From: an uncultured Methanolobus sp.
GTDB taxonomy: Archaea > Halobacteriota > Methanosarcinia > Methanosarcinales > Methanosarcinaceae
Direction: 5' to 3'
DNA length: 64,000 nt
Assembly: GCA_963675495.1 (NCBI GenBank)
Contig: OY776215.1
Span: 1,216,001 to 1,280,000, forward strand
In this document: positions 50,391 to 60,619 of the stretch, in pieces
Layout of the letters: each line of letters starts with the position of its first letter
How positions within the stretch are numbered: the first letter of the stretch is position 1
Translations under genes and position numbers: made by a program
The notes under the pieces: generated by a model
What the model was told of the DNA's origin: nothing
Databases searched by the model: none
The model's input: the letters and a program-made list of their open reading frames with translations, nothing else

Positions 50391-50505
50391 GCCGAGGTGG
50401 CAGAGCGGACTAATCCAGAGGCAAATGCCTCTGGAGTCCATACGCGACCGGCTCGAGACCGGTTTCTCCGGGAGGAGTGCTTGGGTTCAAATCCCAACCT
50501 CGGCG
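50391..50505 (+). tRNA. tRNA-Ser(CGA) with a ~29-nt intron in the D-loop (~50413-50441)
   Basis: Acceptor GCCGAGG/CCTCGGC plus G73, anticodon arm ACCGG-CTCGAGA-CCGGT, long variable arm, TTGGG-TTCAAAT-CCCAA T-arm, extra hairpin after the D-loop GG. Confidence 0.93.
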
Positions 50506-50728
50506 TAAAAATACAGTTTCATGCCTAACACTTTCAATGAGCAAATTGAATATCCTGAGTGAATGGTTTGGGAATGATCTTAACCACATACAATGTCAGG
50601 CATATACAGAACACTCGCTGTGCATGATGCTGCATGTTGTAAATGAACTCTTTTTTTGTCACAGTAAATGCTGATACTAGCTTTTGCTTTACTTGTGCAA
50701 ACCTGATTTCTGGATGTGGATTTCTGAG

Positions 50729-51471
50729 GAGGGAATAGATTCGGCACATTCGGAATCTTTACAGACATTGTAAGTTCCAGTTCCTCCAGTCCCTCTGTAT
50801 CTTCCAATCCCAGTACCAGTTCCAGCAGTGGCTCTGTAGCTACAAGGGTAAGGTCACAGGGAACTACAACCGATATGCCTACAAATGAAGATGGAGAAGT
50901 AACCGTTGACATCGTTGCAAAGTCCTCAGACACAAAAACAACCCTGGCACTGTACAAAGGAACAGTAGGTACTGACCCTTCAGGCAATCCGGTGAATAAG
51001 ATCATAGTAACCGTGCCTGCATCCCTTCCGACAGATACTCCTGAAGAGGTCATCGAATCAGGACTTTATTATGACTTTGGACCATCGGGAACCTCCTTCA
51101 ATAAGGAAGTCCTGATAACCATCGATTTCGATCCTGAAGAGTTCGAGGGCAAAGCTCCAACGATCTATACTTACACAGCTGAAGGTGGATGGGAAGCCCT
51201 GGAAACAACTATTGACTGGGAAAATGGCGTAGCAACCGCAAAGATAAGCCACTTTTCAATGTATGCATTGTTTGGAAATGATGCAGAAGAAGTGGAAGAT
51301 ATTGCGGTGGAAACACCGGTAGTAAATACTGACTCTCCTGTTGAGGTCGAAACAACAACAACAGAAGATGATGGTAATTCCGGCTATTTCTATTGGTTCA
51401 CAGGTATTGGATTTGTTCTGGTGCTTGGAATAGTTGTTATAAGGAACAAGAAGGGGAATGGGGGGCTTTAA
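50729..51471 (+). pseudogene. 5'-truncated surface-protein remnant (Ser-rich linker, beta-sandwich domain, acidic/Thr linker, C-terminal TM plus basic tail)
   Basis: The frame is open from ~50729 (NRFGTFGIFTD-SSSSS..) after a stop, with no signal peptide. YYDFGPSG..HFSMYALFG is an S-layer-associated type domain. Confidence 0.7.
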
Positions 51472-51898
51472 GCCTTCCAATTTATCCTTGCATATTCATG
51501 AGTTTACCCAAAAGTTGAAGAGCATTTAAATTAAATGTGATATACAAATATTTAGGGTGGTAAACACTAAAGTGATTTTGAGAGGCTCTTAAATAAATAA
51601 ACACATATTTCATGATTATTCACAGCCGCATAAATATTTATATATCAACCCCCTGAAATAAGTATTAGGGAATTTTATTACATGGAGGCATTTTCTAAAG
51701 GCTGGAAAAATCACATCAAATCTAAAAAAGGCATTAAATTGTTAGTTGGTTTCATTGAGCTGCAAACACTCCATATTTAAGTTATCGTCTTTCTGTGCAG
51801 GAGTTTAAGACAATTCAGGGATTTATTCATATGAGTGGTCGTGCAGTTAGCTACATCATTCCGAGCGTAACTATCATTAGCAATAAAGCAAAGTGACG

Positions 51899-51961
51899 CA
51901 ATATAATAATATATAGCAATATAATAATAGATAACAATATAATAATAGATAACAATATAAT
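51899..51961. repeat. 18-bp tandem repeat x3.5 (CAATATAATAATAGATAA)
   Basis: Units start at 51899, 51917, 51935 and 51953 (partial). Confidence 0.9.
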
Positions 51962-51979
51962 GTGGTGTTAATTAAAAAA

Positions 51980-53590
51980 ATGAAAACAAAAGACAATAGC
52001 CCAAAAACAAAGCCTGATAATAACGATTATCAGAAGGAAATAAGGGAACTGAAAGAAAAAACAAATGAACTGGGTGCCAGATTAAAGGCGGCCGAATCTA
52101 AAGCTAAAGAAGTTGAAGAATTCTACACTGAAAGACTCAACAACCTCAATGATGTGCTTTTTTCAGTTGACACCGAGGGTTATTTCACATATATTAACCC
52201 GGCAATCAAAAATATAACCGGCTATGACATAAAAGAAGTTCTGGGAACTCATTTTACAAAGCATGTGCATCCTGACGATATTCGCGGACTGCTTGAAGAT
52301 ATAGAAAAAACAGTATCCGGAGAACATAAACCATATATGTTCAGAATAGTCAAAAAAGATGGCTCAATAAGTTACGTACATACAACATCCCGCCCCATAA
52401 TCAAAAATGGAGATTTCATAGGCATTAACGGGCTTATGGTCGATATAGCCAGACTGAAACAGATAGAGTTCAAACTCAAAGAAGAAAGAGACAGGGCACA
52501 AAAGTATCTTGACATTGTCGGAGTTATCATCTTTGCCATGGACAGGGAAGGTAAGATCAAACTAATTAACAAAAAAGGCGGGGAACTGTTTGGGTGTTCC
52601 GAATTAGAACTTATTTCAAAGAACTGGTTTGATTTATCAGTGCCTGATAACTTAAAGGAAAAAGCTAAAAGTGACTATTCAAAACTGATGGACGGAAAAA
52701 TAAAACTTCGCCCTTATTTTGAGGCTCCCAGCCAAATAAAAGATGAAATAAAGATCTTTGCCTGGCATAATATTCTTCTAAAAGATGACGATGGGAATAT
52801 TACAGGTGTACTGGCATCAGGAGAAGATATCACTGACCGAAGAAATGCTGAGGAAGCACTTGTTTTTGCTAAATTGATATCAGATAATGCACATCGTACT
52901 AAAAGACAATTCCTTGCCAATGTCAGCCATGAACTAAGGACACCCCTAAACCTTATAATCGGATATTCTGACCTGCTTTACGAAGAGTATGCCGGGCCCA
53001 TAAGTGAAGGGCAGAAACAATACCTCGGCGTTATCAAACAAAGCGGTAACCGCTTGCTCCTTCTAGTCAACTCCATGATAGAACTATCTGCTGTTGAAGA
53101 AGGAGACAAGGAACTTGAAGTAAAAGAGTTTTCTATTCCTGCGATAATCGAAGATGTAAAGAACTCAACATTGCCAATGGCAAAAAAGAAGAAAATAAAC
53201 CTGGAATTCAAGCTTGAAGAAGATATAAAGACCATAAATGCTGATGAAAATAAAATAAAAACAGTTCTTTATAACCTTATAAGCAACGCAATAAAGTTTA
53301 CACCCGAATCTGGAGATATCAAAGTTAGTGTGTCAAAGGATGAGCAAATGTTAAAGGCCTCTATTAAAGACACAGGTATTGGTATGGAAAGATCAGATAT
53401 GGATAAATTATTCCAGCCATTCTCACAAATTGATTCCTCACTCACTCGTAAATTTGAAGGAGTAGGCATTGGACTCATAATTGTTAAAGAATTCGTGGAA
53501 ATGCATGGTGGAAGCATTCAGGTTGAAAGCGAGATAAACAAGGGAAGTAATTTTACTTTTATGATTCCGATGTCCCGGGAAGAACATTAG
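51980..53590 (+). CDS. Cytoplasmic PAS-PAS histidine kinase
   Basis: Two PAS/PAC domains (VHPDD, GEDITDRR), SHELRTPL, NAIKF, DTGIG, GVGIGL. Confidence 0.93.
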   Translation: MKTKDNSPKTKPDNNDYQKEIRELKEKTNELGARLKAAESKAKEVEEFYTERLNNLNDVLFSVDTEGYFTYINPAIKNITGYDIKEVLGTHFTKHVHPDDIRGLLEDIEKTVSGEHKPYMFRIVKKDGSISYVHTTSRPIIKNGDFIGINGLMVDIARLKQIEFKLKEERDRAQKYLDIVGVIIFAMDREGKIKLINKKGGELFGCSELELISKNWFDLSVPDNLKEKAKSDYSKLMDGKIKLRPYFEAPSQIKDEIKIFAWHNILLKDDDGNITGVLASGEDITDRRNAEEALVFAKLISDNAHRTKRQFLANVSHELRTPLNLIIGYSDLLYEEYAGPISEGQKQYLGVIKQSGNRLLLLVNSMIELSAVEEGDKELEVKEFSIPAIIEDVKNSTLPMAKKKKINLEFKLEEDIKTINADENKIKTVLYNLISNAIKFTPESGDIKVSVSKDEQMLKASIKDTGIGMERSDMDKLFQPFSQIDSSLTRKFEGVGIGLIIVKEFVEMHGGSIQVESEINKGSNFTFMIPMSREEH

Positions 53591-53613
53591 ATCGTCTTTT
53601 ATCAGATGTCCTT

Positions 53614-53679
53614 TTACTTAACTGCAGTTCCATAAGCAAGTAACTCGGCTGCACGCCCATTGTAGTTACGATCATCCAT
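53614..53679 (-). pseudogene. C-terminal remnant of a YbjQ/UPF0145-like gene
   Basis: MDDRNYNGRAAELLAYGTAVK*. AELLAYGTAV matches the family C-terminal signature as I recall it. Confidence 0.55.
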
Positions 53680-53689
53680 GCCCTCATCA

Positions 53690-55432
53690 TTATTGTTTTT
53701 TCAATGTGAAAACAAAAACACTTCCTTTACCTAATTCACTCCGTACCGTTATTGTTCCGCTCTGGCCCTCTATAATGCCTTTGACAATTGACAGGCCAAG
53801 GCCAGTTCCTCCAACCTTACGAGTGGACGTACTGTCGATCTGGTAAAATTTATCGAATATCCTTTCAAGCTCCTCAGGAGCAATCCCAATTCCGTTGTCA
53901 CTTACGGTTATTTTTACACTGTCATCAGCATCATCAACATCTATTGTGACTATACTATCATTATTACTGAATTTTACAGCGTTGTTCAAAAGATTCACAA
54001 ATACCTGAACAAGTTTATCCTTATCAGTATTAATCAGAGAAAGATCATCAGGAACATTCACTAAGATACTCATGTCTTTCTCCCTGATGATAGTGTCAAG
54101 CACCTCAAGAGAAACGTTTATAGCATCCTTGATATCAACCAGTTCCCTATGGAATTTCATGCGGTTGGATTCAATTCGGGAAACATCGAGAAGGTCATCA
54201 ACCATCCGGGATTGACGGTCAATGTTCCTTATGATAATATCAAGCATCTGACGCCTTAGAGAAACGTCACAAGTACCATCCTCCCGCAGGAATTCACTTG
54301 ATGTTCTCATGGCAGTTAGTGGAGTCTTAAGCTCATGGGAAACAATTGAGAGGAATTCAGTCTTTAACCTGTCAAGCTCCTTGAGTTTTTTGTTTGCTGT
54401 TCTTAGAGAATCATTTGACTCCTTGAGTTCCTGGGTCTTGTCATCGACCTCCTTTTCAAGACTTTTGCTCCAGTTGAAGAAAATAATAACAATGAACGAG
54501 CTCACAAAAATAATAAATAGAACTGAAACAGCAACCACAATGAACAATTTAAGGTAAACCGACACGATGAGCCTGTCAACTTCAGAGGAAGGACTGGTGA
54601 GCGCCAGTGACCATTTCTGATTGTACCAGTTAATAGGAGAATATGATACGAGTCTTTCCTCAACTAAACTATGATTGTCCATAACGAGATACTTACCACT
54701 TCCATCCGTTCCATTAACCTGTTTTGAAATGATATCAAGCAATCCCGAAGAATCCGAACCTAAAAGTTCAGCATAGCTGGTACCTCTTTCATATTTCCCA
54801 GACTCATCATAGAGCAATCTTCCCCGGTCATCAAGAAGGTATGCATAACTCGATGAATTGGACTCTACCACATAGCGGCTCTTAAGGTCAGCTTCCCTTA
54901 TAATAGCAATGAAGGCGCCTCTAAACTCATCCCCTTCATATACAGGAACCCAGATAAAAGAACCATAGTTGCCTTCCATAAGCTTTAAAGGTTCTGTGAT
55001 GTAGACATCCCTGGTAGCCTTTATGCGTTCAAAGGCACGGTTCTGGTCATCCTCATAAAGATTTAAACCAATGGGTACATGTTCTTCAGGATAGCCTGAA
55101 ACGATTGTCCCGTCCTCAGAGACATATTCCACCACATAGAACATTCCTGCAACATCATAGACACTCTTAAGGTCCGATGCAAAATTGTCTGGCGGAACAC
55201 CAGTATCTTTCTTTGCGATAACCTCTAGTAGCAAAACCTTCTCATTGAGGGATCTTTCTATGCTATCAGATATCTGACGGGTTAATAGCAGTTGCTGGTT
55301 CTGGTATTGTTCTTCGACTACAGACCGTACCTCCATATTTGTCTTCATCCAGAGGAAGACTATGGAACTTATCAAAAGCAGGACTACAGCAGCAAAAAGA
55401 ATTAGATTCCATCTGCTTTTTTGGTTCCACAT
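53690..55432 (-). CDS. Membrane histidine kinase with extracellular Cache domain
   Basis: 2 TM, YAYLLDDRG Cache motif, SHELKTPL, NAVKF, DNGIG, GTGLGL. Confidence 0.93.
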   Translation of the reverse strand: MWNQKSRWNLILFAAVVLLLISSIVFLWMKTNMEVRSVVEEQYQNQQLLLTRQISDSIERSLNEKVLLLEVIAKKDTGVPPDNFASDLKSVYDVAGMFYVVEYVSEDGTIVSGYPEEHVPIGLNLYEDDQNRAFERIKATRDVYITEPLKLMEGNYGSFIWVPVYEGDEFRGAFIAIIREADLKSRYVVESNSSSYAYLLDDRGRLLYDESGKYERGTSYAELLGSDSSGLLDIISKQVNGTDGSGKYLVMDNHSLVEERLVSYSPINWYNQKWSLALTSPSSEVDRLIVSVYLKLFIVVAVSVLFIIFVSSFIVIIFFNWSKSLEKEVDDKTQELKESNDSLRTANKKLKELDRLKTEFLSIVSHELKTPLTAMRTSSEFLREDGTCDVSLRRQMLDIIIRNIDRQSRMVDDLLDVSRIESNRMKFHRELVDIKDAINVSLEVLDTIIREKDMSILVNVPDDLSLINTDKDKLVQVFVNLLNNAVKFSNNDSIVTIDVDDADDSVKITVSDNGIGIAPEELERIFDKFYQIDSTSTRKVGGTGLGLSIVKGIIEGQSGTITVRSELGKGSVFVFTLKKQ

Positions 55433-55449
55433 GTATCAATTGGAAATTA

Positions 55450-55965
55450 TTAAATGTCCTGATTTCTCCTCAGGATCATTTTTATACGTGCTTTCAATTC
55501 TTTCAGGTTGAACGGCTTGGTCACATAATCATCAGCACCAAGTTCAATTCCTTCAACCTTGTCATCAACTTCTCCGCGTGCAGTGAGCATAATGACAGGA
55601 ATGTGATTATATGTTACATCGGATTTTAGTTGCCTGCATACTTCAAAACCATCAATTCCGGGAATCATAAGATCAAGCAATATAACGTCGGGTATTTCAG
55701 AATGTACCTTTTCTATAGCCTCATACCCGTCTTTTGCCTCTACAATGTTATATCCTTCAGCTTCTAATGCTACTTTCAGGGCCAACAGAGCATCCATCTC
55801 ATCATCAACTATGAGGACCTTTTGCCGTATATCCGACATGGTTTTTAGCGTATCCTCAACAAGCGACCTGGAAACTGATAATTTATCTGAGATTTCCCCG
55901 CTAGTTATCCCAGGGTTCTCTTCCAGAAGTGAAAGAATCTTCTCATTAATGTTTTCTGAATGCAT
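55450..55965 (-). CDS. Response regulator, N-terminal wHTH plus receiver domain
   Basis: ITSGEISDKLSVSRSLV HTH, IVDD, LLDLMIP, KPF. Confidence 0.9.
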   Translation of the reverse strand: MHSENINEKILSLLEENPGITSGEISDKLSVSRSLVEDTLKTMSDIRQKVLIVDDEMDALLALKVALEAEGYNIVEAKDGYEAIEKVHSEIPDVILLDLMIPGIDGFEVCRQLKSDVTYNHIPVIMLTARGEVDDKVEGIELGADDYVTKPFNLKELKARIKMILRRNQDI

Positions 55966-56115
55966 GATAATTCTACCTGAAACAAGCTCATAAAATATAG
56001 AAGAATGATATTATTAAAACCTTTCTAAATATGAAAGAGTTTCTGTTTTTGTAAACAACTTGTCCGATAAAAGAAAATCTTATAAGCCATAACGGAATAC
56101 TTAGATAAGATATAA

Positions 56116-56397
56116 ATGGATGCGCTGGAAGAGATTTTTGGAAAAACGGCCCAGATGACAGTTCTGAAGAACCTTATTGCACACAAGGAAGAATCAACAT
56201 ATCTTTCAGGGATTGCAGACGAGACAGGATTGTCACACTCCAGCGTTGCAAGGGTAATAACACCACTCATCAAGAGTCACATTGTTATCGAAAAACCCCT
56301 TGGCAAGCAGATAAGGACATTCAGGTTGAATCTTGATCATGAAAAAACAAAACTTATACTTGAATTTTATAGCAACCTCAACAAGATAAAAGATTAA
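56116..56397 (+). CDS. Small wHTH transcriptional regulator
   Basis: LSGIADETGLSHSSVARVI HTH plus wing. Confidence 0.85.
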   Translation: MDALEEIFGKTAQMTVLKNLIAHKEESTYLSGIADETGLSHSSVARVITPLIKSHIVIEKPLGKQIRTFRLNLDHEKTKLILEFYSNLNKIKD

Positions 56398-57038
56398 GAG
56401 TCCGTTTCTTCGACCAAATAGACATCTTCCTGTTTTTCAGAGTTACTTAACATCTTTTTAGCAAAGCTTCCTGCAATATGTGCCAGCAGATTCAGCACAT
56501 GCATGGATGCCAGCCCTACAAATATACCTGAAACAGAAACAAGAATAGATTCCTGTAAGCTACTGGCAAAGCTCTCACCTACCAGGTAAAGAATTGGGTT
56601 GATCAACATACCTAATGTCAAAGATACCAAGAATGCCATAACTACAAGCGAAAATATTCCCAGCGGGAACTTCACTAACAGGAATAAGAGAGCCTTCCAG
56701 GTAACCGGACTCTTCACCCTGTATAAAGCCCTGCCAAGAATACTTTTTTCATTCACCGGTTTCAACGACATGGAAGGGATATCAATACCCAATAACCATA
56801 TTGCCATCTGGCGCTCAAATGATGCGATCTCCCACCATGCAAGAAAAACAAGCACTAGCACAGGAATGCCTATCCAGACAAGTAAAAGCCCGAAACCCAG
56901 TGACAGACCGGTAACCAGAAATACGAAATAAGCAGTGCCCAGTGGGAATGAGAATAGCAGATATAGAATATTCATGTAGGTCTGCTTCTTATAAGCAACC
57001 ATCACAAATTCCCGAAGAGCAGTCTCTATTTCAGCCAT
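56394..57038 (-). CDS. Stand-alone putative sensor-domain membrane protein (PF13796-like)
   Basis: YLLFSFPLG..WIGIP..ER..LLG..TWKALLFLLVKFPLG. Confidence 0.8.
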   Translation of the reverse strand: MAEIETALREFVMVAYKKQTYMNILYLLFSFPLGTAYFVFLVTGLSLGFGLLLVWIGIPVLVLVFLAWWEIASFERQMAIWLLGIDIPSMSLKPVNEKSILGRALYRVKSPVTWKALLFLLVKFPLGIFSLVVMAFLVSLTLGMLINPILYLVGESFASSLQESILVSVSGIFVGLASMHVLNLLAHIAGSFAKKMLSNSEKQEDVYLVEETDS

Positions 57039-57125
57039 TTGTTCGCCTCGTTTTTTATTATTTACAGGTGCTTTCCATTCCTTAAAGTTCTCTGATATTA
57101 TCTAATTATTCCTATTAACTGAAAT

Positions 57126-57362
57126 TTATTTGCCATACTCATCAATACGTTTTGGTCTTCTGACAAAGAAGTACACAAGGGCACCCAGAAGATGTGTGAA
57201 GATAATAACAATTATCCATATCAGTTTATCATTTCCTTCTGATGGTTCTTTGGTGGCACAATCAATAAGCATCCATAACCAGAACACAGTGCCAAGTATT
57301 CCTATTCCGAAGAAAGAGAAAAAAAGGATGAATGGAATTGAAAACGCAAGCATATCAAACAT
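57126..57362 (-). CDS. PLDc_N-domain small membrane protein
   Basis: WLWMLIDC..KLIWIIVI..LGALVYFFV. Confidence 0.85.
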   Translation of the reverse strand: MFDMLAFSIPFILFFSFFGIGILGTVFWLWMLIDCATKEPSEGNDKLIWIIVIIFTHLLGALVYFFVRRPKRIDEYGK

Positions 57363-57420
57363 TTTATATTCTCCTACATTTTTTTGTTATTTTAATTGAT
57401 AGTTACTCTAGTTACTTCGA

Positions 57421-58644
57421 TCATTCGTGTCGAAGAGCCTCTACGGGATTCATCCGGGCAGCTTTATTAGCAGGATATACACCTGCAAGCAAACCAACTA
57501 CCAACGACACAAGCATACCTATCAGTATCATGTCCACAGGAAATACGTAAGGAAGTCCCATTGCATTGTCTGCAAGGTAGGCACCGGCCACACCGAGACC
57601 AATCCCCAGTATGCCGCCAAGCAGCCCCACAACAATGGATTCCACCATGAAAAGGGATAGTATCTCATAGTTCTTGTATCCGAGGGACTTCATAATACCT
57701 ATCTCACCTGTCCTTTCAGTAACTGTAACCAGCATAATATTCATTATCCCGATGGAACCCACTATAAGGGATATCAATGCAACTGACGTGAGCAGTGAAC
57801 TCAGAGCAGAGGATAACTGGTCAACCTCTTCAAGAATCTCACCCTGATCCATTAGGGAATACGGTTTGGCATCTTCATTGTCCAGATCCCTGAAAGGAAC
57901 ACCAAGATCCCTGGCAAGTCTCTTATCAAGCTCATTGGTGACATCCCCTATTGACTCCAGGCTCGTGGCTGCTGCAAAGAATCCCCAATAATAATCCTGA
58001 TCCATAATCTCATTCATAGTTGAAATAGGAATGAAGATCCTTTCATCCGGCTCTATACCACTTTGCACGAATGTTGTTTCAGGGCTATCTACGATACCTT
58101 TGACCTTGAACTGTTTTGTAACGATCTCCCCATCAGGTCTTGTAAAGGTCAGTTCGATGGTGTTCTTGTCAGATATCTTGCGGTCGAACTTATCATACGC
58201 GACATCATGGCCAATAACTGCCACATACTTGTCCTTGTCATCGATGAATGTTCCACTTTCCATCTGGATATTGCCTACTTCCTCATAATCCTCAGAAACA
58301 CCCTGAACAGTAATCTGCCGCATGGTGGAAATGTACTTTACCTGAGCTACTTCCTGACTCAAAGGAGATACACCCACGATACCCGGCGTATTCTTCACAA
58401 GCTCCATTTCATCATCATGGAACAAGTTTGAGGTCTTGCCTTCAATTATAATGAAATTGTTCCCTACAGAACCTATCTCTTCGGTAAAGTACTGGTTGAA
58501 ACTGGCTCCCAGTGATACATTGGCAATGACAGCAGCCACACCTATAACAATACCAAGTGTTGTCAATGCAGATCTAAGTTTTGAACTGCTTATACTCGCT
58601 ATTGCCATCCTGAAGGAATGTTTCAGACTCAGCATGATGTTCAC
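57421..58644 (-). CDS. MacB/FtsX-type ABC permease
   Basis: KLRSALTTLGIVIGVAAVI, GIMNIMLVTVTERT.EIG, PANKAARMNPVEALR. Confidence 0.95.
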   Translation of the reverse strand: MNIMLSLKHSFRMAIASISSSKLRSALTTLGIVIGVAAVIANVSLGASFNQYFTEEIGSVGNNFIIIEGKTSNLFHDDEMELVKNTPGIVGVSPLSQEVAQVKYISTMRQITVQGVSEDYEEVGNIQMESGTFIDDKDKYVAVIGHDVAYDKFDRKISDKNTIELTFTRPDGEIVTKQFKVKGIVDSPETTFVQSGIEPDERIFIPISTMNEIMDQDYYWGFFAAATSLESIGDVTNELDKRLARDLGVPFRDLDNEDAKPYSLMDQGEILEEVDQLSSALSSLLTSVALISLIVGSIGIMNIMLVTVTERTGEIGIMKSLGYKNYEILSLFMVESIVVGLLGGILGIGLGVAGAYLADNAMGLPYVFPVDMILIGMLVSLVVGLLAGVYPANKAARMNPVEALRHE

Positions 58645-58645
58645 C

Positions 58646-59881
58646 TTAGTTGTTCTGCTTCCTGCGCTTCATGAATATAACTGCAGGAATTCCAAGCAAT
58701 ACTGCAAGTCCGATACCTGCCGTTGCAATGTGTCCATTATTTCCTTCCTCTTCATTTATGAGTTTAAGTTCACGGACAGCAACTTCGGTATTATGCTCAT
58801 TTATGCCGTTCCTGTAATCAACCGTGATAGTGACCGGAACAGATGATTCCTGAATGTCGGCTTTTGCATCCACCTCTATGGTGAAGAGTTCATCGGAATC
58901 CATTGAACCGACAAAGTATTCCTCCGGAGAGAAATCGACTCCATCTGCAATCAATTTCACGCTTACGGAACTAAGGGTATTAGGATGCATATTGGCAACG
59001 TCGAATTCAAGAGTACCCTCACCATTTACAAGTTCCATTGGTTTTGAAGGTATAACCTTTACAGATGCGGAATCAACCTTTACAGGAATTCTCCAGTTAT
59101 TGTTGTAGGTATGGGAATTGCCCACCATAGCGAAATCCAGATAGTAGGTACCATCCTTTGCATCATCTGTCAGCTCAATATTGTAACTTAGAGTAATGGA
59201 ATCACCCGGACCAATTACGCCGGAACCTACATAGCTGTCACTTGTTACATCGATACCTTCGACACCTTTGAGAGTACCCGATTGGACACGTGCGTTGGTA
59301 TCATAGTCCACATCATCAATGGTCACTGAACTTTCAGTTGCCGTGTTTGCGAGAGTGAAGCTTACAGTGCCAACATCCCCCGGCATAAAAACAACCGGAT
59401 CACAGGATATCTCTGTAAGCTCTATAGTTCCCTTGCTATCAAATGTGCTTGAGCCAACGTTTAGATCAAAGGAAGATTTGTACCATGAACCACCTTTGTA
59501 TACCTGATAATAGACATCCACCGTGCCGGTGCCTACCTTTGCATTCTCGTCCACATAAAGGCGATATTCATGGACTGCTGCATCCTCAGGAGAGAGTATA
59601 CCTATAAATTCCACTGCATTGTTCTGCGAATCAAGTGAAAATGGGTATTCAGGCTCCATCTTCAAGGAAACTGCATCTGCACGGCCATAGCCGATATTCT
59701 CTATTTTTACACTCACATCAACATATTCCCCGATCTGAGCAGGGAATGGATCATACTCAATTATATTGACTTTCATCGTAGCAGCAGAAGCTGCTGAAAC
59801 AGGTGCTATGAAAGAAGTACTCAACATAGCGACACAAATTAAAATGTAAAATGTTTTCTGGATAACATTATTAACTTTCAT
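58646..59881 (-). CDS. COG1361 S-layer-domain protein, ABC-associated
   Basis: Signal peptide, YDPFPA.IG, C-terminal TM plus basic tail. Confidence 0.85.
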   Translation of the reverse strand: MKVNNVIQKTFYILICVAMLSTSFIAPVSAASAATMKVNIIEYDPFPAQIGEYVDVSVKIENIGYGRADAVSLKMEPEYPFSLDSQNNAVEFIGILSPEDAAVHEYRLYVDENAKVGTGTVDVYYQVYKGGSWYKSSFDLNVGSSTFDSKGTIELTEISCDPVVFMPGDVGTVSFTLANTATESSVTIDDVDYDTNARVQSGTLKGVEGIDVTSDSYVGSGVIGPGDSITLSYNIELTDDAKDGTYYLDFAMVGNSHTYNNNWRIPVKVDSASVKVIPSKPMELVNGEGTLEFDVANMHPNTLSSVSVKLIADGVDFSPEEYFVGSMDSDELFTIEVDAKADIQESSVPVTITVDYRNGINEHNTEVAVRELKLINEEEGNNGHIATAGIGLAVLLGIPAVIFMKRRKQNN

Positions 59882-59893
59882 TCTAAACCACCC

Positions 59894-60595
59894 TCAATTA
59901 TTTCCGATATAGCCATCTCTGATGTAGACCACCCTGTCTACATACTGTTCCATTTCAGGATCATGCGTGATCATCACTATAGTACACCCTTTTTTGTGAA
60001 GGTCTGAAAATATATTCATGATCTCTGCACTTGTCTTTGAATCCAGGTTTCCGGTAGGTTCATCAGCAAGTATGAGCGAAGGATCATTTACTAGTGACCG
60101 GGCAATGGCAACTCTCTGCCTTTGCCCCCCTGATAATTCCGGAGGCCTGTGCCCCATACGATCATCAAGACCTACGAGTTTTAGCAGGTCTTTGCCTCGC
60201 CGGACTGTGTCCACTCCTTTCTTTGAATTGGAATACGTGGGCAGCATTACATTCTCGTAGGCACTCAGGCGTGGGATGAGATTAAAATTCTGGAAAACGA
60301 AACCGATCTCAAAACCCCGAAGCTCTGCAAGTTCGTTATCGGAAATGGAACTGATATCCTTGCCCATGAGTACGACCTTACCCCCGGTAGGCCTGTCAAG
60401 ACAGCCTATCATATTCATCAGGGTACTTTTTCCCGATCCGGACGGACCCATGATAGCAACGAATTCTCCTTTTCTGATACACAGGTCTATCCCATGCAGG
60501 ATAGGTACTTCCATATCACCAAGGAAATAACTCTTTTTCAGGTCCGAGATATTAATGACATTCATATCATCGGAAGCATCATTGTGATCAACCAT
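59894..60595 (-). CDS. LolD/MacB-type ABC ATPase
   Basis: GPSGSGKS, LSGGQRQR, LADEPTGNLD, ITHD. Confidence 0.97.
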   Translation of the reverse strand: MVDHNDASDDMNVINISDLKKSYFLGDMEVPILHGIDLCIRKGEFVAIMGPSGSGKSTLMNMIGCLDRPTGGKVVLMGKDISSISDNELAELRGFEIGFVFQNFNLIPRLSAYENVMLPTYSNSKKGVDTVRRGKDLLKLVGLDDRMGHRPPELSGGQRQRVAIARSLVNDPSLILADEPTGNLDSKTSAEIMNIFSDLHKKGCTIVMITHDPEMEQYVDRVVYIRDGYIGNN

Positions 60596-60619
60596 TTATA
60601 CACACCTCTATTTGCACCA

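Noticed and set aside
50510-50750. Short ORFs after the tRNA as a transposase or integrase fragment
   Set aside because: No recognisable catalytic motif or terminal inverted repeats
51682-51780. 32-codon ORF upstream of the PAS kinase
   Set aside because: No clear RBS or motif, so it cannot be distinguished from chance
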